Shown here piece after piece: positions 55,381 through 64,000 of a stretch of 64,000 nt of DNA (positions within the stretch are counted from its first letter, which is position 1; each line of letters starts with the position of its first letter). A program made the translations under genes and the position numbers. The notes beneath the pieces are model-generated. The model was not told where the DNA came from, did no database searches, and saw only the letters and a program-made list of their open reading frames with translations. The DNA is from Candidatus Collierbacteria bacterium (GTDB lineage: Bacteria > Patescibacteriota > Microgenomatia > UBA1400 > JACPES01), in NCBI GenBank assembly GCA_016183365.1, contig JACPES010000003.1, forward strand, positions 473,154 through 537,153, read 5' to 3'.

Positions 55381-56121
55381 ATGGCCTCTGCCATACACAT
55401 ATCGATCGCCGCTGAACCATTATTTAATCTTGGCCCTTTGGCGGTAACCAATTCTTTGGTTACCAGCTGGTTGGTAGTTTCGGCTTTAAGTTTATTGGCG
55501 ATTTATGTCGGCAGGAATTTAAAGAAAATTCCCTCGTATCTTCAAATATTAGTGGAAATTCCGGTTTCAGGGATTTATGATTTAGCCAATAATATAACCG
55601 GATCCAGGGCCAAAGTATTTTTCCCGTTCGTCTTTACCGCTTTTATTTATATAATTTTTTCCAATTGGATCGGTTTGGTTCCCGGAGTCGGAACAATATT
55701 CCTCAAAATCGGAGAACACGGGGCGGAAAAAGCCCCTTTACTGCGGGCTCCGACCGCGGATATTAATACCACTTTGGCTTTGGCTCTTTTGAGCGTCGGT
55801 TTGGTTCAATATTACGGTTTAAAGACCTTAGGCGTGGAATATGTTAAAAAGTTCTTTAACTTTAAAAACCCGATTTTGACTTTTGTCGGAATACTCGAAT
55901 TGGTCAGTGAAATCTCCAAAATTATTAGTTTCGCTTTCCGGCTTTTTGGAAACATATTTGCCGGAGAAGTATTGCTGGTGGTAACATCGTTTTTGGTCCC
56001 GTTTTTGGTGCCGGCGCCTTTTTACGGATTGGAGCTTTTTGTCGGATTTATTCAGGCCCTGGTGTTTAGTATGCTAACATTGGTATTCTTAAATCTAGCA
56101 ACAACTCATGCGGAATATTAA
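55381..56121 (+). CDS. atpB: F0F1 ATP synthase subunit a
   Basis: FAFRLFGNIFAGEVLL (conserved Arg of subunit a), 5-6 TM helices. Confidence 0.85.
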   Translation: MASAIHISIAAEPLFNLGPLAVTNSLVTSWLVVSALSLLAIYVGRNLKKIPSYLQILVEIPVSGIYDLANNITGSRAKVFFPFVFTAFIYIIFSNWIGLVPGVGTIFLKIGEHGAEKAPLLRAPTADINTTLALALLSVGLVQYYGLKTLGVEYVKKFFNFKNPILTFVGILELVSEISKIISFAFRLFGNIFAGEVLLVVTSFLVPFLVPAPFYGLELFVGFIQALVFSMLTLVFLNLATTHAEY

Positions 56122-56361
<240 letters not shown>

Positions 56362-56367
56362 AAAATT

Positions 56368-56862
56368 ATGGAAAAATTGGGTATTAACGCATATCAGCTT
56401 TTAGCCCAAGGGGTAAACTTCTTAATTTTGATGTTTATCCTGAAAAAATTTCTCTTAAAGCCATTGCTGGCTTTATTGGAGAAGAGAAAGGCGTCGATTG
56501 TAGATCTGGCTCAAACGGAAGAGGATTTGGCCAAAAGAATTAAAGATGCGCAAGCAAAAGATCAGCAGGTGTTGAAGCAGGCTAAAATTAAAGCCGACGA
56601 GATTATTAAACAGGCTCAAAATAAAGCCAGAAAAGAAACGGCGGAAATTTTAGCCGCAGCCCGGCAGGAATCAAAGAAAGTTTTGGATCAAGCGGATATA
56701 GACGCCAAATCGGAGTCCGAAAAAGCCAAAACCCGCCTACAAGTTATGGTAATTAAGGAGGCCGCGGCATTAGCCAATCGGGCTTTGTCCGAGGTTTTAT
56801 CAAAAGAAGACCAGCAGAAAATTACCGAAGTTCAAATAGCCAAACTGGTTAAAGGAAAATAA
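56368..56862 (+). CDS. atpF: F0F1 ATP synthase subunit b
   Basis: N-terminal TM helix followed by a long charged coiled coil. Confidence 0.75.
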   Translation: MEKLGINAYQLLAQGVNFLILMFILKKFLLKPLLALLEKRKASIVDLAQTEEDLAKRIKDAQAKDQQVLKQAKIKADEIIKQAQNKARKETAEILAAARQESKKVLDQADIDAKSESEKAKTRLQVMVIKEAAALANRALSEVLSKEDQQKITEVQIAKLVKGK

Positions 56863-56863
56863 T

Positions 56864-58507
56864 ATGCCTGACGCCTTAATCCGCTCCAGGGTAATAATAA
56901 GTCCCGACGAGCTTATCAAAGTTAAGAAACACTTGGGAGTAAGTTCTATTAAAAATGAGATTGACGCTTCAATCCCGGCTGGGTTTTTGGCGGAAATCGG
57001 AGATAAAATCTTCGATTTTACGATAGATATAAATCAGGCCAGCCATCGTCAAAAAGAGTATAGCATCGGCAGAATTACTCTGATCGGGGATGGTGTGGCT
57101 GAAGCGGATGGATTGTCGGAAGCTATGATGGGAGAAATTGTCGAAATTGAAGATAAAACCAGGGGTTTAGTTTTAAATTTATCCGTAAAAAGCGCCGGAA
57201 TCGTGATTTTAGGGGATAATTCTCGGATTAAGCCTGGCGATTTGGTAAAAACCACCGGCCGGCTTTTATCTATTCCGGTGGGGCAGGAAGTTTTGGGCCG
57301 GGTGATTGATCCTTTGGGCCAACCTCTGGACGGAAAACCTGAATTTTTGCCCCAAAAATTCAATCCGTTGGAAAAGATCGCTCCGGGGGTGATGGCCAGA
57401 CAATCGGTTTCAGTCCCTTTACAAACCGGAATTAAGGCGATTGACGGCATGATTCCGATCGGCCGGGGCCAAAGAGAGCTGATTATCGGCGACCGCCAAA
57501 CCGGAAAAACTTCGATTGCTTTATCCACAATTATCAATCAAAAAAATGAAGGCGTGTTTTGCGTCTACGTCGCCATAGGCCAAAAACGCTCCAATATAGC
57601 CCAATTTATCGCTGTTTTAGAAAAATTCGGGGCCATGTCTCATACGGTAGTGGTGGCGGCTTCGGCCTCTAATTCTCCAGCGATGCAGTATTTGGCCCCT
57701 TATGCCGGCTGCGCTATCGGCGAATATTTTTTAGAAAAAGGCCAGGACGCTTTGGTGATCTATGATGATTTAAGCAAACACTCGTGGGCTTACCGTCAGA
57801 TTAGTTTGCTTTTGCGACGTCCGTCAGGCCGCGAAGCCTATCCGGGAGATATCTTTTACGCCCATTCTCGGCTTTTGGAAAGGTCATGCCGCTTAAATCA
57901 AAAATCCGGCGGGGGATCATTGACCGCAATGCCTGTAATCGAAACCCAGGCCGGTGATTTATCCGCTTATATCCCGACTAACGTTATTAGCATTACCGAT
58001 GGCCAAATTTATTTGGAATCCGATTTGTTCAACTCCGGCCAAAAACCGGCCATTAACGTTGGCAATTCTGTCAGCCGGGTGGGCGGAGCGGCTCAAATCA
58101 AGGCCATAAAACAAGTTGCCGGCAGATTGAGGTTGGATTTGGCTCAATACCGCGAACTACAGGCTTTTGCCCAGTTTGCTTCCGATTTGGACGAAAGAAC
58201 CAAGAAGGACTTGAACCGAGGAGCTAAATTGACGGAGTTATTGAAACAGGACCGAGACGATCCGATGCCGGTTGAGAGGCAAGTAGTTTCAATCTGGGCC
58301 GGGACTAACGGAATTTTAGACGATTTGGATTTAGGCAAGATTAAAAATTTCGAAAATCATTTATTAGCTTATGTCGAGCGGCATAATCCGGAAATATTTG
58401 AAAAGATCGCTAAGGAAAAACTTTTGAGTCCCGAAACCATTGAAAAATTGTCCAAAATAGTCAGAGATGCCAAGCAGGTGTATATACAGGAGGAAAATGG
58501 CGACTAA
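56864..58507 (+). CDS. atpA: F0F1 ATP synthase subunit alpha with ~55-aa N-terminal extension
   Basis: P-loop [12 protein letters not shown], alpha signature. The extension [24 protein letters not shown]... precedes the normal alpha N-terminus. Confidence 0.85.
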   Translation: MPDALIRSRVIISPDELIKVKKHLGVSSIKNEIDASIPAGFLAEIGDKIFDFTIDINQASHRQKEYSIGRITLIGDGVAEADGLSEAMMGEIVEIEDKTRGLVLNLSVKSAGIVILGDNSRIKPGDLVKTTGRLLSIPVGQEVLGRVIDPLGQPLDGKPEFLPQKFNPLEKIAPGVMARQSVSVPLQTGIKAIDGMIPIGRGQRELIIGDRQTGKTSIALSTIINQKNEGVFCVYVAIGQKRSNIAQFIAVLEKFGAMSHTVVVAASASNSPAMQYLAPYAGCAIGEYFLEKGQDALVIYDDLSKHSWAYRQISLLLRRPSGREAYPGDIFYAHSRLLERSCRLNQKSGGGSLTAMPVIETQAGDLSAYIPTNVISITDGQIYLESDLFNSGQKPAINVGNSVSRVGGAAQIKAIKQVAGRLRLDLAQYRELQAFAQFASDLDERTKKDLNRGAKLTELLKQDRDDPMPVERQVVSIWAGTNGILDDLDLGKIKNFENHLLAYVERHNPEIFEKIAKEKLLSPETIEKLSKIVRDAKQVYIQEENGD

Positions 58508-59369
58508 CCGCGAATTAAAGCGCAGGATAAAATCAGCCGGAAATATCAGCAAAATTACCAAAGCGATGGAAGCTGTGGCTGCCAGTAAAATGAAAAAAGC
58601 TCAAGACGTAGCGACGGCCGGAGTTTCTTATGAGGCATTAATGAAAAAAATGGTTTCCAACATCATTAGATTTTCCAGCATCGTCAATCATCCCTTAATT
58701 TCTGTGACAGCCGACCGGGAACTTTTACCGTCTCTAATAATTATAATCTCTCCAGATAGAGGTTTATGCGGTTCTTTGCCGACCGGAACATTTAGAAAAG
58801 CCGAAACAGAAATTAGGCGAAAGTCTAATCAGGATAAAGTTATAGTAGTGGGAAAAAAGGCCGTAGTTTATGCCCGCCGGACCGATTGGAACATTTTAGC
58901 CAGTTTTGATTCATTGGGAGATAAGCCGGTTTTATCCGATACCTCGGCTATTGGGGCTATCGCGATTGAAGAGTATGAACAAAAGCGGGTGGGGGGAATT
59001 AGTTTGGTGTATCCTAAATTTATTTCAACCCTGAACCAAGAAGCGGTCATCGAAAACATTTTGCCGGTAAAGTTAATCTCTGAAATGCCGGAGGTCCGGA
59101 TTCTCCAGCCGAAGTACATTTTCGAGCCAACAGCCGCAGATTTATTATCTGAACTATTGCCGGCTTATGTCAGACTGTCAATTTATCAGGCGGTTTTATC
59201 CGCTAAAGCTTCCGAGCAATCCGCCAGGATGATTGCGATGAAAAATGCTTCGGATAACGCCCGAGAGATAAGAGGCCTATTGCAATTGTCATATAATCAA
59301 AACCGCCAGAAAGCTATTACCGCAGAAATCGCGGATATCGTCACGTCCAGTATGGCGGTGGTGAATTAG
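58497..59369 (+). CDS. atpG: F0F1 ATP synthase subunit gamma
   Basis: [45 protein letters not shown] 8 nt upstream of the ATG at 58497. The ORF track's 58467 start is upstream of it. Confidence 0.85.
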   Translation: MATNRELKRRIKSAGNISKITKAMEAVAASKMKKAQDVATAGVSYEALMKKMVSNIIRFSSIVNHPLISVTADRELLPSLIIIISPDRGLCGSLPTGTFRKAETEIRRKSNQDKVIVVGKKAVVYARRTDWNILASFDSLGDKPVLSDTSAIGAIAIEEYEQKRVGGISLVYPKFISTLNQEAVIENILPVKLISEMPEVRILQPKYIFEPTAADLLSELLPAYVRLSIYQAVLSAKASEQSARMIAMKNASDNAREIRGLLQLSYNQNRQKAITAEIADIVTSSMAVVN

Positions 59370-60818
<1,449 letters not shown>

Positions 60819-60936
60819 TACGTTAAGCTGAAAGCATTGCGGGTAGGAAAGCGGGAACCTATTTAAATAGATTCCCGATCAGGTCGGGAACGACAAGCGG
60901 ATTCCGGGTTTAAGGCCGGAAAGACAGTATTAATCC

Positions 60937-61350
60937 ATGAATCAATTACTTCATCTATCTTTAGCTACCCCTTCACGTCAAGTTTTGGATATTGAAGATG
61001 TTGAGATAGTCAACGCTCCGGCGGAAATGGGAGATGTTGGCATCCTGCCGAATCATGCTCCGTTTTTATCAAAACTGCGGGACGGAGTTATAAATTACAA
61101 GGTCGGCGGGAATAATTTTTACGTCGGGGTTAACGGGGCATTTATGGATGTGGCGGAGAATCAAGTCACCATAATTTCCGAGGCCGCGATTTTACCTGAA
61201 GACGCCGATTTAGCCAGAGCCCAGGAAGCCAAAGATAAAGCCAAAGCGGAACTGGAAAAAAAGCTGGAAGGAACGGATTTCCAAATGGTAGAAGCGGAAT
61301 TGAGACGAGCATTATTGGAATTGAAATTGCTGGAACATATTAAAAAATGA
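60937..61350 (+). CDS. atpC: F0F1 ATP synthase subunit epsilon
   Basis: N-terminal beta-sandwich plus C-terminal helical hairpin, LPNHAP motif. Confidence 0.8.
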   Translation: MNQLLHLSLATPSRQVLDIEDVEIVNAPAEMGDVGILPNHAPFLSKLRDGVINYKVGGNNFYVGVNGAFMDVAENQVTIISEAAILPEDADLARAQEAKDKAKAELEKKLEGTDFQMVEAELRRALLELKLLEHIKK

Positions 61351-61416
61351 ACAAGAATCAAGAAACAAGAAACAATGAAATTCATTGTTCTTTGCTTCCT
61401 GTTTCCTGTTTCTTAT
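61351..61416 (+). terminator. long imperfect hairpin after atpC, built from AACAAGAAACAA repeats
   Basis: AACAAGAATCAAGAAACAAGAAACAATGAA / TTCATTGTTCTTTGCTTCCTGTTTCCTGTTTCTT inverted repeat. Confidence 0.4.
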
Positions 61417-61417
61417 A

Positions 61418-61891
61418 ATGGTCATTTTAGGCATTGATCCCGGATTTGCCAGAATGGGTTGGGGAGTAATAAGCAAAACCGGAGCCAAATTTTCTTTAAT
61501 AGATTACGGTTGTTTAGAGACTCCGGTGAAAACCAGCCTTTCAAACAGGCTGGAGAAGATCTTCGACGGTCTTTCTAAGGTTTTAAAAAAAATTAAGCCC
61601 GATTTAGCCGGTATAGAAACTCTTTTTTTTAACACCAATGCTAAAACGGCTGTGTCTGTGGGGGAGGTTCGAGGGGTAATTCTATTGGCCTTGAAGAAGT
61701 ACGGAGTCAAAGTCATAGATGTGACTCCGCTTCAGGTTAAACAGTCGGTAGCTGGCTACGGCCGGGCAGAAAAAGTTCAAGTTCAAAAAATGGTGAAGAT
61801 TTTATTGTCGCTATCAGAAATTCCCAAGCCGGATGATGCCGCCGACGCCCTAGCCATAGCTCTTGCCACAGGATCAATTTATCGAGTGTAA
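61418..61891 (+). CDS. ruvC: Holliday junction resolvase RuvC
   Basis: MVILGIDPGFARMGWGVI...ADALAIAL. Start set at the ATG at 61418; the upstream ORF extension lies within the hairpin. Confidence 0.85.
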   Translation: MVILGIDPGFARMGWGVISKTGAKFSLIDYGCLETPVKTSLSNRLEKIFDGLSKVLKKIKPDLAGIETLFFNTNAKTAVSVGEVRGVILLALKKYGVKVIDVTPLQVKQSVAGYGRAEKVQVQKMVKILLSLSEIPKPDDAADALAIALATGSIYRV

Positions 61892-61938
61892 AGTATCAGA
61901 TACTTTAATGCCTTTCAGTCAATGTTATACTTGAAATC

Positions 61939-62517
61939 GTGATTGGGTATCTTAAGGGAAAGTTATTATCTAAATCCGGAAAACAAATTTTGGTAGAAAC
62001 CGGCGGAGTCGGATATGAAGTGATTTCTTCGGCCGCAATTCTGAATTCCGGATTCAGCATCGGTCAAGAAATAGAAGTATATATTTATACTCATGTTAGA
62101 GAAGATCAGTTGACTCTGTTCGGTTTTTCATCGGTTAAAGAAAAGGAGATTTTTCAACAATTGATTGCGGTTTCAGGAGTCGGATCAAAAACTGCGATGA
62201 ACATCATTTCGGCCGGCGGCCCGGAGAATGTCACTAAGGCTATTTTGGATTCCGATGTCGGCTGGTTTGCTGGGATTTCCGGTATCGGCAAGAAAACAGC
62301 TCAAAGAATTATAATTGATTTGAAAGGAAAAATCGGTGGCCAGGAATTGGATTTATCCGATGAAGGGATGAAGGCTAAAAGCGAATTGATAGCGGCTCTA
62401 AAATCAATGGGTTTTTCTCTCAAAGAAATTTCGTCCCATATCCAGACTATTGACTTTAACGCTCCGCTTTCAGACCAGATCAGAATGGCTTTGAAAAATT
62501 TAGGTAAAAATGGATAA
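61939..62517 (+). CDS. ruvA: Holliday junction branch migration protein RuvA
   Basis: MIGYLKGKL...GGVGYEV OB-fold N-terminus, HhH pair. Confidence 0.85.
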   Translation: MIGYLKGKLLSKSGKQILVETGGVGYEVISSAAILNSGFSIGQEIEVYIYTHVREDQLTLFGFSSVKEKEIFQQLIAVSGVGSKTAMNIISAGGPENVTKAILDSDVGWFAGISGIGKKTAQRIIIDLKGKIGGQELDLSDEGMKAKSELIAALKSMGFSLKEISSHIQTIDFNAPLSDQIRMALKNLGKNG

Positions 62518-63523
62518 AAAAAATAAGAATTTTGATCAGGAATTGTTGGATTCGTCGTTAAGGCCAAAAAAGCTACGGGAATTTTTCGGCCAAAAAAAGA
62601 TTCTGGAAAATTTAGTGATTTCTTTAAACGCGGCTTTAGAGAGAAAAGAGGCTTTGGATCATATCCTTTTATATGGCCCGCCGGGGTTGGGGAAAACTAC
62701 TTTAGGCCATATTATCGCCAGCGAGATGGGGGTAAATATCCGGATTACTTCCGGTCCGGCTATTGAACGGGCGGGGGATTTGGCCAGTATTCTGACCAAT
62801 TTAGAACCCAACGATATTTTATTTATTGACGAGGTCCATCGTTTGAGCAAGGTAGTGGAGGAAACTTTATATCCGGCGATGGAGGATTTCGCTCTGGACA
62901 TTGTTTTGGGCAAAGGTCCTTCCGCCAGAACCGTTAGGCTAGATTTGCCCCGGTTTACGATCATCGGAGCCACCACTAAAGCCGGAATGTTGAGTTCACC
63001 GATGCGGGACAGATTCGGAATTATCCACCGCTTGGGGTTTTATACTTCCAAAGAATTAGAGCAGGTGGTTAAAAGGTCGTCTAAAATTTTAAATGTCAGC
63101 TTAGACCATGATAGCGCTGATGAAATTGCCCGCCGCAGCCGCGGCACCCCCAGAATCGCCAACAGGTTGCTAAAAAGAGTTAGGGACTACGCCCAGGTTA
63201 AAAATCAGGGTAAAATCGATCAATCAATAGTCAGAGGAGCTTTGGCGATGTTGGAAATTGACGAACTTGGATTGGACGAATCCGACCGCAGGATACTGAT
63301 AGCCATCATCGAAAAGCATGGGGGCGGGCCGGTGGGGTTGGAGACCATCGCCGCCACCATTCACGAAGACCTGGACACCATTTGCGATATTTACGAACCT
63401 TTTTTAATGCAGCTTGGTTTTTTGAAACGGACCCCTAGAGGTCGGAAGGCGACTAAAAAGGCTTACCAACACCTCGGCGTGCCATACCCTCAACAGAGAT
63501 CGCAACAAGAGCCACTAATTTAA
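62510..63523 (+). CDS. ruvB: Holliday junction branch migration ATPase RuvB
   Basis: [12 protein letters not shown], Walker [11 protein letters not shown], sensor motifs. Confidence 0.9.
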   Translation: MDKKNKNFDQELLDSSLRPKKLREFFGQKKILENLVISLNAALERKEALDHILLYGPPGLGKTTLGHIIASEMGVNIRITSGPAIERAGDLASILTNLEPNDILFIDEVHRLSKVVEETLYPAMEDFALDIVLGKGPSARTVRLDLPRFTIIGATTKAGMLSSPMRDRFGIIHRLGFYTSKELEQVVKRSSKILNVSLDHDSADEIARRSRGTPRIANRLLKRVRDYAQVKNQGKIDQSIVRGALAMLEIDELGLDESDRRILIAIIEKHGGGPVGLETIAATIHEDLDTICDIYEPFLMQLGFLKRTPRGRKATKKAYQHLGVPYPQQRSQQEPLI

Positions 63524-63538
63524 TGGAAAGGTCGTCTG

Positions 63539-64000
63539 ATGAAATTTTTACTTCGATTACTAATAATATTTATTGTTCTTGGATTTTCGTCGCCGATTGT
63601 TTCTTTTGCCAATAACGGTAATAAACTCGGAGTGCATATTTTGGAAACAGAAGAAATAGTCGAAATTTCCAAGCTTTTACCATCCGGCGGCTTTGTGACG
63701 GTCCCGATCAGGCTGGATCAATTGGACAAAAACAAATGGCAAAAGTTTTTCGACGAGGCTAATAGGCGCGGATTTATCCCGATCGTCAGACTGGCTACCA
63801 GTCATAACGGCAGTTTTTGGGAAAGACCGACCAAGTATAATATTGTCACTTTTTCTAAGTTTTTTTCCGAACTCGATTGGCACCGGGATAAACTAATAGT
63901 CATCGCTTTTAACGAGCCCAATCACGCTCCGGAATGGGGAGGAAGAGTTGATCCAACCAATTATGGCAACAGCCTGACGTTTTTAGTCAACTGGTTAGAA
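63539..64000 (+). CDS. secreted glycoside-hydrolase-like protein, 3'-truncated by the window edge
   Basis: Signal peptide MKFLLRLLIIFIVLGFSSPIVSFA, then a TIM-barrel-like region with the NEPN catalytic-acid-type motif (IAFNEPNHAPEWGG) seen in GH5-like families. Open to the window edge. Confidence 0.4.
   Translation, partial: MKFLLRLLIIFIVLGFSSPIVSFANNGNKLGVHILETEEIVEISKLLPSGGFVTVPIRLDQLDKNKWQKFFDEANRRGFIPIVRLATSHNGSFWERPTKYNIVTFSKFFSELDWHRDKLIVIAFNEPNHAPEWGGRVDPTNYGNSLTFLVNWLE

Noticed and set aside
58467-58496. Upstream extension of atpG ([10 protein letters not shown]...) and similar ORF-track extensions of ruvC (61385) and atpD (59403)
   Set aside because: Internal ATGs with good RBS spacing coincide with the canonical N-termini ([22 protein letters not shown]). 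The extensions overlap upstream genes or hairpins.

Overview
This window is a gene-dense, mostly plus-strand stretch from a small-genome bacterium, apparently of moderate GC (inferred from gene content and reading the sequence; nothing was counted). I read it as CPR/Patescibacteria-like from gene content and architecture only. It begins with a division and cell wall cluster: murC-murB-murA-dgkA-mraY-murI-murD-ftsW-murG-ftsQ-ftsA-ftsZ. This is followed by ileS, a second SEDS gene, rplU-rpmA, parB, lepB (minus strand) and a tRNA-Val. Next is a CcdA/DsbD-like membrane protein. There is a large secreted alpha/beta-hydrolase with a lectin-like N-terminus on the minus strand. A Wzx/Wzy-type surface polysaccharide locus follows: methyltransferase, GT4, GT2, flippase, bifunctional glycosyltransferase, GT2 and an O-antigen-ligase-like protein. 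After it sits a tRNA-Thr / DUF4012 / tRNA-Gly / LysM / tRNA-Asp islet. Then come polX, lemA, htpX, gatC-gatA (fused), gatB, dnaE, pyrG, rplS, yraN and DUF192. A 1158-aa secreted NHL-propeller protein with two DNRLRE/CBM96-like domains is next, then tRNA-Lys and tRNA-Glu, a cyclophilin and a DedA protein. The window ends with atpB-E-F-A-G-D-C (no separate delta subunit), ruvC-ruvA-ruvB and a 3'-truncated secreted glycoside-hydrolase-like ORF. The most unusual signal is not a gene. Several families of small structured repeats are inserted in frame into essential genes and translated. These are a ~110-bp two-hairpin element (4 copies), 33-36-nt GC-rich perfect palindromes (7 copies), a CGAATG-unit element family (6 copies) and numerous codon-phased microsatellites. 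This resembles Rickettsia palindromic elements but the sequences are different. No CRISPR array, transposase or clear defense system is seen.
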